Below, piece after piece: positions 28,266 to 37,773 of a DNA stretch of 60,246 nucleotides; position 1 is the stretch's first letter, and every line of letters starts with the position of its first letter. Source of the DNA: an uncultured bacterium (lineage in GTDB: Bacteria; CAYUVA01); NCBI GenBank assembly GCA_964448115.1, contig CAYUVA010000026.1, forward strand, positions 1 through 60,246, read 5' to 3'. The notes under the pieces were generated by a model. The model had not been told where the DNA came from, did no database searches, and saw only the letters and a program-made list of their open reading frames with translations. The position numbers were made by a program, and so were the translations under genes.

Positions 28266-29537
28266 TCAATCTCCTACCTTGAGCCACGGCCATGGATACC
28301 CTTCGATCCCGCCTTGGCTAAAGGGGATGAGAGAGAGCAGGTACCTGTCGCTGCCGGGAAGCGGCGGGATGTCGCCTTGAATTAAAGAAAAAACCCCCTC
28401 TTCCAGGGGATCTGGCTCCAGGTACACGCCGGTAGGCAACCCCAGATAATAGATCTCCACCGACTCCACTGGATCAGCCTGGTTCTGTGCTGCTAGCGAG
28501 AGTATGTGCAGCGAGCCGGGGCTGGTAGTGGAGAGGCTGCTTGTCATGTAGCCGGCTGCCCAAATGCAGGGGGGCGCTGCCGGAGTCGGCGTTGCGGTCG
28601 CCGTAGGCAGCGGAGTCGGCGTGTGCCAGTCGTGTGCGGTCAACTCGGCGATGATGGGGAAATGATCCGATGGATAGCGCCCTTGACTCCCGTATTTGTG
28701 CATATCTACGATCCAGGTCCGCACCTGCCAGCGCGCTGCGCCGCCGATAAATATATGATCAATGCGCGATGAGATATCATAATCGGGCAGCGGTCGCTGA
28801 TAGGTGTCGATGATGCGCACCTCGGCTTGATCGAAGCTGTCGTTGAGGTCAAAGTCGATCCCCTCTATGCCGTTGGTGAGCGCCTGATACGCCTCCGAGT
28901 CTGGCTTTGAGTTGAAGTCGCCGAGCACTATGACCGGCAGGTGCGATGCAAAAGGCTCGGTGCGTTCGATGACTATGGGCGCGCTGTGCTCCTGGTTGGG
29001 GCTGTTGGGATCGAAGTGGGTGCAAGCAAAGTAAAGCTCCCTGCTATCGCTTTTTTGCCTAAGGTGCGTCCAGGCGACCAGTCGCCAGAGCTGCCAGTCA
29101 TTCCATCCCCAGCTCCATGGAACATCCGGCGTGGGGCTGAGCCAGTAGAAGCCGTATTCAATCAACTCAAAGCGCTGCGGGCGATACAGGATGACCGAAT
29201 CAGGAAGATCCTTCTTCCAGGGATTGTCCGGATCCTTGAAATATATGGCTTGGTAGCCGCTTGTAAGCTCCAGGACCTGCTGTACCTCGTAGCCGGTGAT
29301 AAGCTCCTGCAAGCCGATCAAGTCAGCATCATAGCGCTCAAATATATCAGCAAAGTAATCGATACGGTCGCTCCAAGGATCGTACTCACCAAGACCACAC
29401 ACCGAGCAGAGGACATTGAAGGTCATGGCAACAAGCTCGCTGTTGGAGTTGTCTTGCATGGAGTAAGCAATGACCGCAGTGAAGGCAATAGTAAGGATTG
29501 ATATTATGAATATCGAATGTTGCAGTCTATGCGCCAA
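28266..29537 (-). CDS. Secreted endonuclease/exonuclease/phosphatase-family protein with Pro/Thr linker and one AGY..WP[YW] C-terminal module
   Basis: MTFNV, GLQE, THFD, GDFN, RIDHI and SDHFP motifs. Probable TTG start at 29537 with AGGAG RBS and signal peptide. TPTPLPTATATPTP linker. Confidence 0.85.
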   Translation of the reverse strand: MAHRLQHSIFIISILTIAFTAVIAYSMQDNSNSELVAMTFNVLCSVCGLGEYDPWSDRIDYFADIFERYDADLIGLQELITGYEVQQVLELTSGYQAIYFKDPDNPWKKDLPDSVILYRPQRFELIEYGFYWLSPTPDVPWSWGWNDWQLWRLVAWTHLRQKSDSRELYFACTHFDPNSPNQEHSAPIVIERTEPFASHLPVIVLGDFNSKPDSEAYQALTNGIEGIDFDLNDSFDQAEVRIIDTYQRPLPDYDISSRIDHIFIGGAARWQVRTWIVDMHKYGSQGRYPSDHFPIIAELTAHDWHTPTPLPTATATPTPAAPPCIWAAGYMTSSLSTTSPGSLHILSLAAQNQADPVESVEIYYLGLPTGVYLEPDPLEEGVFSLIQGDIPPLPGSDRYLLSLIPFSQGGIEGYPWPWLKVGD

Positions 29538-29584
29538 CCTTTCATCTCCTATGTTGAATGCTACAATTAGACATAGGTGGCTAT

Positions 29585-30814
29585 TCAAGCGGGGTAATTT
29601 CTCTTAGCCCAAGCGCTTAAAATTTCTCTATTCAGCATGGCACGACCCTTGAGCTTGATCGCCTGGTCGATCATCTTTTCATGCATCGGCTCCAGGCTCG
29701 CCTCGAGTTTCATGGTCATATCATACAGCCTCTGAAGGATATCGTTATCCCTGGAGTTGATATAGTATTCCATGAGGTCTGTCTCCTTGCAGATCGCATC
29801 GGTGCGAATATCCATGGAGAGCGTAATCATGGGGATCTTCTGCATCAAACCGAATATGCAGCCGTGATAATCGCCACTAATAAGCATCTCGCAGGCGGCG
29901 ATCAGGGCAAGCTGCTCATCGAGATTATATGTCTCGCTGGGAACGAATTTAATCCGTTCCCTGTTCTTGCTCAAAGCGATTATATCCAGGCAGGGTTTGC
30001 TGTCCCATTCCTCTATTGCGAAGAGGATCACATCCTTGTCGTGCTCGGTAATAAGCCAGTCTATATATCGAGCCATCAGTTGCTTAAAGCGCTTGCTATC
30101 CTCCCTGCTGCCCAGTTTCCACGAGTAATAAAGCGGTCCCTTGAACTGGTCCTCTTTTTTCCCAATGCCCTTAAGGGTTACCGGCCACCAGTAAAAGTCC
30201 TTGGGCGCGATACCAACCAGGTTCTTCTTACCATAAAGGTTTAGCTGCCTTAATAGATCATTTTTCAATTTTGCAGTCGGTGTCTTGAGCACAAATGCAG
30301 TATCGGCGGTTACATGCACCTGGCGCTTCACCCCGATGTGCCGCAGGCGCTGGTACGCGTCATAGCTGCGCACTATGACCAGGCTGGCTGCATTGATCTC
30401 CCGCTTAGCCTGCATGGCGTTGAACCAACTGAGGTTGCCGACATCGTTTGCATAGCAGATCACCTTCTTGCCCATTGTGCGCGCCAAGAACATCCCGTAG
30501 AGGAACTTGTACAACAGAAGCGGCGAGAAGTGCTCGGTGAAGACCGCTCCCTCTGCGAGAACGAGCAGGTCATATTCCTTGATTATGAAAGGGAGTTTAT
30601 GGATTAGTTGTTCGTTCCCCAGCTTGATCAGCTTCACTTTCCCCGGGTCAAGATACCGTTTTGCGTGGTCGATGCTGGAGGTTAGAACGCCGAACTCGAT
30701 CCTTTCCTTGAATACCGAGGTAAAGTCCTCGATGCAGCTTATCATCCGTGCTTCGCCCCCGGCGCTGTTATCGCCGGTGATCCCGAACATTAAGGTTTTT
30801 ACCTTGGTAGCCAT
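29585..30814 (-). CDS. Polysaccharide pyruvyl transferase family protein (CsaB/WcaK-like)
   Basis: NSAGGEA, IVRSYDAY, VTADTAF, YHGCIFG; AAGGAG RBS before ATG at 30814. Confidence 0.78.
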   Translation of the reverse strand: MATKVKTLMFGITGDNSAGGEARMISCIEDFTSVFKERIEFGVLTSSIDHAKRYLDPGKVKLIKLGNEQLIHKLPFIIKEYDLLVLAEGAVFTEHFSPLLLYKFLYGMFLARTMGKKVICYANDVGNLSWFNAMQAKREINAASLVIVRSYDAYQRLRHIGVKRQVHVTADTAFVLKTPTAKLKNDLLRQLNLYGKKNLVGIAPKDFYWWPVTLKGIGKKEDQFKGPLYYSWKLGSREDSKRFKQLMARYIDWLITEHDKDVILFAIEEWDSKPCLDIIALSKNRERIKFVPSETYNLDEQLALIAACEMLISGDYHGCIFGLMQKIPMITLSMDIRTDAICKETDLMEYYINSRDNDILQRLYDMTMKLEASLEPMHEKMIDQAIKLKGRAMLNREILSAWAKRNYPA

Positions 30815-30854
30815 ATTGCCTTCTCCTTTTTTAAGAACATTATCTATACCTGGC

Positions 30855-31367
30855 TCAACCGCCGGATTCCATTGCCCGCAGCGTTTCCTCCAGCTTTTCT
30901 TCCCATCTTGTCCCACGGGGCAGATCGATAAACATGGCAGCCATCGATATGGCGGCAAAAGATAAGAATATCTCCCAATCCCCTGCGATCAAAAAATAGC
31001 TCAATCCGAAGATAGACAGGGACTCATATAGGGCAAAGCGTGCGATATAGCCGCTGGTCATCGCCTTGAAGTAGGCATCAAGACCGCCTTTCATCACATC
31101 GACAAGCCTCTTGGTGGAGAGAAAAAGCCTTCCCCAAGCATAAGCGATTCCGAGGTTCATAAGCGATGCCATGATGAATAGAACCTTGATCATCAGGAGC
31201 AGTCCAGGCTCCATTTTTACATATCCATCGAAATCCTTTCCCCCCTTGGATATAACCAGGGCGATGGCAATGTAAACCGCGACCGAGCCAAGTATGGCGA
31301 TGCAGATAGTGAATGTTCTCTGGAAGGCTGCCTTGCTTTTCTCTTTTTGTTCCTTTAAGCCATTCAT
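30855..31367 (-). CDS. Hypothetical 4-TM membrane protein
   Basis: 170-aa ORF with four hydrophobic helices, co-directional within the operon. Confidence 0.7.
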   Translation of the reverse strand: MNGLKEQKEKSKAAFQRTFTICIAILGSVAVYIAIALVISKGGKDFDGYVKMEPGLLLMIKVLFIMASLMNLGIAYAWGRLFLSTKRLVDVMKGGLDAYFKAMTSGYIARFALYESLSIFGLSYFLIAGDWEIFLSFAAISMAAMFIDLPRGTRWEEKLEETLRAMESGG

Positions 31368-31452
31368 GCTGCCCTTTTCCGATTCATGGTCTTATGGTAT
31401 CACTTCTTTTCTTCGCGTCTTAGTGCCTTAGTGGTTAGGAGACTCTCAAGCC

Positions 31453-31860
31453 TTAATCCTCAAGCCCAAAATACCTTTTCACGAACCTGATAATCTCGCT
31501 TGTCGGCGTACCGGGAGTAAATATCTCAGCGACACCAGCATCCTTTAGGGCGGGTATGTCATCATCGGGTATTATTCCCCCACCGAAGACCATCACATCA
31601 TCTAGCCCCTTTTCCTTGAGCTGTCTAATCAACTCTGGAAAAAGGTAGTTATGGGCGCCGGAAAGCAGGCTCAGTCCGACCGCATTGACATCCTCCTGTA
31701 GCGCAGCTTCCACCACCTGTTCCACGCTCTGGTGCAATCCGGTATAGATCACCTCGAAGCCGGCGTCTCGAAGCGCACGAGCTATTATCTTGGCGCCGCG
31801 GTTGTGTCCATCCAGACCCGGTTTGGCGATAAGTATTCGTATATGCTTGTAGTCTCCCAT
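31453..31860 (-). CDS. Acyl-CoA mutase small, cobalamin-binding subunit
   Basis: [10 protein letters not shown] (DxHxxG), [20 protein letters not shown]. Confidence 0.93.
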   Translation of the reverse strand: MGDYKHIRILIAKPGLDGHNRGAKIIARALRDAGFEVIYTGLHQSVEQVVEAALQEDVNAVGLSLLSGAHNYLFPELIRQLKEKGLDDVMVFGGGIIPDDDIPALKDAGVAEIFTPGTPTSEIIRFVKRYFGLED

Positions 31861-31865
31861 GTATG

Positions 31866-33554
31866 CTAGAACTCCTTGGACTCGATATGTTCTCCGAAGA
31901 CTTGCCTGAAAGTATCGCAGATCTCTCCGATAGTTGCATAAGCTCGCACCGCCTCAATGATATGGGGCATGGTGTTCTCATCGCTGCGGGCGCATTCATC
32001 CAACCGTTTGAGCGCTCGCTTGACCGCCTGGTTATCTCGATTCTTACGCAACCTTTGCAGCCTTTCCAGTTGTTGCGATTCTACCTCAGCTCCGATCTTG
32101 AGTATGGGTATCTTCACATCGATATTGGTGGCGAACTTGTTGACTCCAACGATGGTTTTTTGTTTGGTTTCGAGCGCTTTTTGGTACTTGTAGGCTGCAT
32201 TTGCAATCTCACGCTGGGGGTATCCTGCCTCGATGGCGGCTATCATCCCGCCCATGTTCTCTATTTTTTGCAGGTACTCGTAGAATCCTTCCTCCATCTG
32301 GTTGGTTAGTTTCTCCATAAAATAGCTGCCACCTAGGGGATCGATCGTGTTTGTTACCCCTGTCTCCTCGGCGATGATCTGCTGGGTTCTAAGGGCGATG
32401 GTTACCGCCTCCTCGGTGGGTAAGGCGAGCGTCTCATCCATTGAGTTTGTGTGCAGGCTCTGGGTTCCCCCGAGCACGGCGGAAAGCGCCTGGAGGGCAA
32501 CGCGCACTACGTTGTTCATCGGCTGCTGAGCGGTCAGCGTACAGCCGGCGGTCTGGGTATGGAAGCGCAGCAGCAGCGAGCGCTCATTCTTGGGATTGAA
32601 ACGATTCTTCATCTCCCGTGCCCAGATCCTTCTCGCTGCCCGATACTTGGCTATCTCCTCGAAGAAATCGCTATGCGCATTGAAGAAGAAGGACAATCGG
32701 GGCGCGAAATCATCGACATCGAGACCAGCATCGACTCCAGCCTGAACATAGGTCAAGCCATCTATTAATGTAAATGCCAGCTCCTGTATTGCCGTGGAGC
32801 CTGCCTCCCTTATATGATAACCGCTTATCGAGATGGTGTTCCATTTGGGGACATGCTTATGGCAGTACTCGAAGACATCGGTGATAAGGCGCATGGAGGG
32901 GCGGGGCGGATATATGTACGAGTTCTGCGCTATGTACTCCTTGAGGATATCGTTTTGTATGGTGCCGCCGATCTTGTCAGGCGAGACCCCCTGTTTCTCG
33001 GCGGTTACGATGTACATAGCCAGGAGCACCGAGGCGGGACCGTTGATGGTCATCGAGGTCGTGATCCGATCCAAGGGAATGTCATCGAACAGCACCTCCA
33101 TATCCTCGAGCGAATCGACAGCTACCCCGCACCTGCCGATCTCTCCCCGTGATAAGGGGTGATCCGAATCCCTGCCCATCAGGGTAGGGAAGTGGAAGGC
33201 GACCGATAGACCGGTCTGGCCATTGGCGATAAGGTACTTATAGCGCTGGTTGGTATCCCTTGCGGTGCCGAAGCCGGAAAACTGGCGCATGGTCCACACC
33301 CGTCCCCGGTACATCGTGGTGTGAATACCTCTCGTATAAGGGTATTTGCCGGGGAAACCGAGATCCCTTGCATAGTCCATGTCCCCAATATCAGAGGGGG
33401 TATATAGCGGCTTGATCGGATGGAATGAAACGGTGGAGAAATCGGGGCGCAGCTCTGGTTTTTCTTCAATGGTTTTATGGTAACAATCATCATACCAACT
33501 TTGGGTGGCTTGTTTTATTGAAGCACAGGTTATTTCATCTTTACTGCCCATCAT
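31866..33554 (-). CDS. Acyl-CoA mutase large subunit (methylmalonyl-CoA mutase family; isobutyryl-CoA mutase-like specificity residues)
   Basis: [57 protein letters not shown]. Confidence 0.93.
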   Translation of the reverse strand: MMGSKDEITCASIKQATQSWYDDCYHKTIEEKPELRPDFSTVSFHPIKPLYTPSDIGDMDYARDLGFPGKYPYTRGIHTTMYRGRVWTMRQFSGFGTARDTNQRYKYLIANGQTGLSVAFHFPTLMGRDSDHPLSRGEIGRCGVAVDSLEDMEVLFDDIPLDRITTSMTINGPASVLLAMYIVTAEKQGVSPDKIGGTIQNDILKEYIAQNSYIYPPRPSMRLITDVFEYCHKHVPKWNTISISGYHIREAGSTAIQELAFTLIDGLTYVQAGVDAGLDVDDFAPRLSFFFNAHSDFFEEIAKYRAARRIWAREMKNRFNPKNERSLLLRFHTQTAGCTLTAQQPMNNVVRVALQALSAVLGGTQSLHTNSMDETLALPTEEAVTIALRTQQIIAEETGVTNTIDPLGGSYFMEKLTNQMEEGFYEYLQKIENMGGMIAAIEAGYPQREIANAAYKYQKALETKQKTIVGVNKFATNIDVKIPILKIGAEVESQQLERLQRLRKNRDNQAVKRALKRLDECARSDENTMPHIIEAVRAYATIGEICDTFRQVFGEHIESKEF

Positions 33555-33655
33555 ATCACCCGTATCTTAAGATTCTTGGGCGATCCTATATCAATCCTAA
33601 TCACCCGCAGAACTAATATGTATTCATTTTGCCATCCATAGTCAAGGGAGTATGG

Positions 33656-33683
33656 AAAGGGGCGATCCTTTAAGACCGCCCCT
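33656..33683 (-). terminator. Putative intrinsic terminator after the 580-aa secreted protein
   Basis: Minus strand AGGGGCGGTC-TTAAAG-GATCGCCCCT followed by a short T run. Confidence 0.55.
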
Positions 33684-33724
33684 ATTATAATCGTTGATCT
33701 ATTCTCTAATGGCTAATGTATCCC

Positions 33725-35467
33725 CTAGTTGATGTTGAGGTAGGGCCAGAGATCGCTCTCGTCATCGTTGCCCATTGCCATAACCTCAAGGATCACCTGT
33801 AACGGAGTATTTACGGTAACTCCGGGCACCAACAAGCCGTAGATGCCATCTCCCGGACCAAAGTCTCCCGAAGCCCCGTTGTCGAGCAACTGCAAGCCGG
33901 CAGGGGTGCCTCCGAAGAAAAGCTCAACCGAGTTGATACCGGCAGGGTGAGGCATCACATAGACCATCAGGTTCAGATCCCCGGGCACTCCCACCTTGAG
34001 ATCGGTCTGCCAATATCCGCCAAGCGCGATAAATGGTCCGTTGGGTCCCTTGGATTGAGGATCGACTCCGTTTAGCACGGTCAGAAGCTGTAGCTTTGCC
34101 CAGTCGATGTTATGAGCTGAGGCAAGCATCATCTCGCTCGGCTTTCGGCTTTGTGCAGCGGCAGCCTTGACATTCAGGTAAGGCCAGAGGTCGCTTTGTG
34201 CGCCGGTAGAGTCGGTTGCCTGGATCTCAAGCGGAACATTCATTGGAGGGGCTGCACCAGCAGGGATTGGAAGGGTAATGCCGTAGATCGAGTCGCCAAC
34301 TCCGAAGTCTCCATGAGTGCCATCATCAAACATCTCCAAACCGGTCGGGCTTCCATCGACGCAGACATCCACCCTGGTTATAGGATCTCCATCCGGATCG
34401 GTGATGAAAGCCAGCAAGGTCATGTTGCCACCGCTAGCGGAGCTGATATAGGTGTCCCAGTAGCCGGCTAGAAGGATCTTGGGTGGCGCACCTTCACCTG
34501 GAGTCGTTGGAGTTGGGGTGGGTCCGGTTGGTGTTGCGGTTGGAGTAGCGGTAGGTCCCTCCTGGGTGGGGGTTGGAGTAGCGGTAGGTGCTTCCTGGGT
34601 AGGGGTGGGAGTGGCTGTCGGCGGCTGTGCGGGAACATTGTAATCGGTTACCGTAAGTGATCCGAAGGTTATCTGCCCCACTCCACCAAAGGACATGTTG
34701 GTTACCTCCTGGACTACATGGTAGAGCATAGCTGGACAGAACCAGAAGTCGAGCTGGGCGGTTGACTGGGTGCCAATGATATCCTGTGCGATGTGATAAG
34801 CGCTGCAACCTCCGCGCATCTCGATGGCATCGCAGTTCATGGTTAGGTCCCAAACCTCGCTTTCGTCAAAAGCTTCCTCTGGCTGCAACGGCTCTAAGGA
34901 ATAGATGCCATAGAGCCTGACATTGACGCCTTGCTGTGACCAATCCATGCCGACATCGAGAGGGAAGGAAACATCCTGGATCGGGGGGCAATAATCCTCG
35001 AACTGATCAGCCACCAGGTCAGCGATCTTTGCCCAATAGTCTGGAGCAAGCTCCATCTCGATCTCACCGGCAACATAGCGATGCTTTTTAACAGTAGCAT
35101 AGGTATCGACTGCCAGCCAAACATCTCCCTCCCAGGTCCCGTCCAGGACTCGGATATTGCCATTGATGGATTCATAGTGAATCTCGCCTTCAGCTCCGAA
35201 GCCGCCGTTGAAGTGAATGTGATAGCAACTGATAGTCGTTCCGCCCTCACAGGTCTGCACTACATCTTCAATACCTACATAATTGTAGCGCGCACTTGAC
35301 TGCATGCTCAGGTTGCCTGTAGCACCTTCAGCATCAATGACCACATCGTAGCTCTCAACGATGTTCCACCAGGTGCCATCAGGGAGGTTCGGTTTCTCAA
35401 CAACACCGAAACAAAGGCTGAAAGTGATCAGGGTAAGTGAGATTACCCACAGGGGGATTTTTTTCAT
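33725..35467 (-). CDS. Secreted protein: beta-rich N-domain, Pro/Thr repeat linker, two tandem AGY..WPY C-terminal modules
   Basis: Signal peptide MKKIPLWVISLTLITFSLCFG; AGGAGG RBS; PTATPTPTQE repeats; modules at 34169-34486 and 33725-34039. Confidence 0.85.
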   Translation of the reverse strand: MKKIPLWVISLTLITFSLCFGVVEKPNLPDGTWWNIVESYDVVIDAEGATGNLSMQSSARYNYVGIEDVVQTCEGGTTISCYHIHFNGGFGAEGEIHYESINGNIRVLDGTWEGDVWLAVDTYATVKKHRYVAGEIEMELAPDYWAKIADLVADQFEDYCPPIQDVSFPLDVGMDWSQQGVNVRLYGIYSLEPLQPEEAFDESEVWDLTMNCDAIEMRGGCSAYHIAQDIIGTQSTAQLDFWFCPAMLYHVVQEVTNMSFGGVGQITFGSLTVTDYNVPAQPPTATPTPTQEAPTATPTPTQEGPTATPTATPTGPTPTPTTPGEGAPPKILLAGYWDTYISSASGGNMTLLAFITDPDGDPITRVDVCVDGSPTGLEMFDDGTHGDFGVGDSIYGITLPIPAGAAPPMNVPLEIQATDSTGAQSDLWPYLNVKAAAAQSRKPSEMMLASAHNIDWAKLQLLTVLNGVDPQSKGPNGPFIALGGYWQTDLKVGVPGDLNLMVYVMPHPAGINSVELFFGGTPAGLQLLDNGASGDFGPGDGIYGLLVPGVTVNTPLQVILEVMAMGNDDESDLWPYLNIN

Positions 35468-35677
35468 CCCAGTACCTCCTGGTTTAAGATTTTTCTAGAT
35501 CTTAGTATCCTTTTCCTTGAAGATTACGCTTTTGGTTAGTTCTAATAGCATCTGTAGATATTTCCAGCATCCATTCCAATTGTCAAGTATATTCTTTTTT
35601 CAATATCATTCAACTCTATTTAGATAGACGATCTGAAAATTTGTAAAAATATTTAATATCAAGGAGATAGTTGGTTA

Positions 35678-35706
35678 TTGACATGTTTAATGCAATGCGT
35701 TATGGT
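35678..35706 (+). promoter_or_regulatory. Putative sigma70 promoter
   Basis: TTGACA-17 nt-TATGGT. Confidence 0.5.
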
Positions 35707-35744
35707 GCGAAGGAATAAGTAACAATTAACAAGGAGGAAACGAG

Positions 35745-36161
35745 ATGACGCAACAAAAAGATCCGATAATCATCGTTCTGATTAAGGGAGTATTCGAGCT
35801 TGCTAAAAAGTGCCTTGAGAAGATCTCTGAACTGCCCGAAAAACTGGAGAAAGTGGGGAGAGATTACGAGGTAAAAAAAGGTGTGATAACCAAGGAAAGC
35901 CCCGTGGAGACTCCGGTTCAAGAAAAGCCTTCCCCAGGCAGCAAGCCACCAGAAAGACCAAAGGTGGACAAAGTTCCAAAGCCAGAAGACCTTAACGAAG
36001 CAGTGATAGCGCTGGTCAATGAGCATCCTCAAGGGATAAGCCTTCCTGAGATCGCTGAATACTTCGGCAAGAAGCCGCAGGCTTTCACCAGGCGCATAGG
36101 TGGATTGCTTGCCGATGGGAAACTCCGCAAGGAGGATAAGCTCTATTTTCCAAAGAAATAA
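35745..36161 (+). CDS. Hypothetical protein with a C-terminal winged-HTH-like domain
   Basis: AGGAGG RBS; Pro/Lys linker then HPQGISLPEIAEYFG...LLADGKLRKEDKLYFP. Confidence 0.65.
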   Translation: MTQQKDPIIIVLIKGVFELAKKCLEKISELPEKLEKVGRDYEVKKGVITKESPVETPVQEKPSPGSKPPERPKVDKVPKPEDLNEAVIALVNEHPQGISLPEIAEYFGKKPQAFTRRIGGLLADGKLRKEDKLYFPKK

Positions 36162-36273
36162 ACCTTCCTTCTGATTCAAGGACATAGCCTCCACAAAAAT
36201 CAACCCTAGAACTGGTTGACAAGAAAAATACCCTCTGGAATAATAGCCTGACCATATCCACGGAGGGTATTAT

Positions 36274-37602
36274 TTGGTGATCAGCATTGGTATTCGAAGG
36301 GAAGATAAGAACCGCTGGGAGAGACGAACTCCCCTGATACCGGAGCATGTAGGGCAGTTGATCAAACAGCACCATGTAAAAGTTATTGTTCAACCCTCTC
36401 CCATTCGTATATATAGCGAGGCGGATTATGTAAAAGCTGGCGCACAGATCAGCGAGGATCTCTCAGCGTGCGATATGATCTTTGGGGTCAAGGAGATGCC
36501 GGTATCATTCTTTCAGCCTGGAAAGACCTATATTTTCTTTAGCCATACGCTCAAGGGGCAAAAGAGTAATATGCCGATGCTTAAAAGATTGCTTGAGCTT
36601 GGCTGCAACCTGATAGACTACGAGCGCATCGTCGATGAGGAGAATCGAAGGCTGGTGTTTTTCGGAAGGTTCGCCGGCATCGCCGGGATGATCGACTCGC
36701 TATGGGCACTATCACAGAGGCTACAATACGAGGGCATAACCGATTTTCTCGATGGAATAAAGCCTGCCTATGCATACCGCGATCTCAATGAAACGAAGAT
36801 GTTTTTACTATCCTTAAGGGGCAGGATTAAAAAGGAGGGCATTCCAAGGGAGTTAGCGCCTTTCATCGTCGGATTCGCTGGATACGGGAATGTATCCAAG
36901 GGCGCGCGGGAGATCTTCGACCTGTTGCCCCATGAGAACCTGGAGCCGGGCGAGATTCAAAAGGCTTATGAGCATCCGGATCGCTTCAATAATCTGTTCA
37001 AGGTAGTCTTTTACGAGAAGGATATGGTAGCGCCGATAAAGCCGAATGCCCTCTTCGACCTTCACGATTACTATGTCAATCCAGGGCGATATCGCTCATC
37101 GTTCAGCCGCTACCTGGAGCATCTATCCATGCTGATCAACTGCATCTACTGGGAGCCAAAGTATCCCCGCCTGGTTACCCTTGAAGACCTGCGCAGACTG
37201 TATGGGCAAGGAGAGAAGCCCCGTCTGAGGGTGATCGGCGATATATCTTGCGATGTGGAGGGGGCAATAGAGGCGACCCGCTGCGTAACCAGCCCCGATG
37301 ATCCCATATATGTTTACGATCCTGTTGATGATCGCATCATCTATGGAACTGCCGGCAGGGGACCGGTCATACTTGCCGTGGATAACCTGCCCTGCGAGCT
37401 ACCCGTGGACGCCTCGGTCGAGTTCAGCAATGCGCTGCTTCCATTTATGAAAGAGCTTATAGAAGCTGATTTATCCCGTAACTTTGATGAGCTGGAGCTA
37501 TCCTATCCCATTAGGAGCGCTATTATCGTACACAAAGGGAAGCTGACCCCTTATTTTAGATATCTACAAAAGTGTGTCCCAGGCAATAAAGCGGAGGCTT
37601 AA
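36274..37602 (+). CDS. Lysine-ketoglutarate reductase-like protein (AlaDh/PNT fold; LKR half of AASS)
   Basis: IGIRREDKNRWERRTPL, FGVKE, FFSHT, LIDYE, GYGNVSKGA, GDISCD, AVDNLPCELP. Confidence 0.85.
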   Translation: MVISIGIRREDKNRWERRTPLIPEHVGQLIKQHHVKVIVQPSPIRIYSEADYVKAGAQISEDLSACDMIFGVKEMPVSFFQPGKTYIFFSHTLKGQKSNMPMLKRLLELGCNLIDYERIVDEENRRLVFFGRFAGIAGMIDSLWALSQRLQYEGITDFLDGIKPAYAYRDLNETKMFLLSLRGRIKKEGIPRELAPFIVGFAGYGNVSKGAREIFDLLPHENLEPGEIQKAYEHPDRFNNLFKVVFYEKDMVAPIKPNALFDLHDYYVNPGRYRSSFSRYLEHLSMLINCIYWEPKYPRLVTLEDLRRLYGQGEKPRLRVIGDISCDVEGAIEATRCVTSPDDPIYVYDPVDDRIIYGTAGRGPVILAVDNLPCELPVDASVEFSNALLPFMKELIEADLSRNFDELELSYPIRSAIIVHKGKLTPYFRYLQKCVPGNKAEA

Positions 37603-37773
37603 AGGCTTGAGGAAAGAAAGTGTATGCTGCCAAGTGCGAGGGATTTTTAGTACCGAGATACAAAGCTGCCAGGTAAAAGAGATTCAACTTGATCCTCTTT
37701 GTGTTTTTGTGCACTATTTGTGCCTTATTGGTTGTTCAACATTATTACATCGAGATAAACCGAGGGTTTAACG

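Noticed and set aside
34490-34625. DNA tandem repeats in the 580-aa gene
   Set aside because: Explained by the coded PTATPTPTQE linker; not an independent element.
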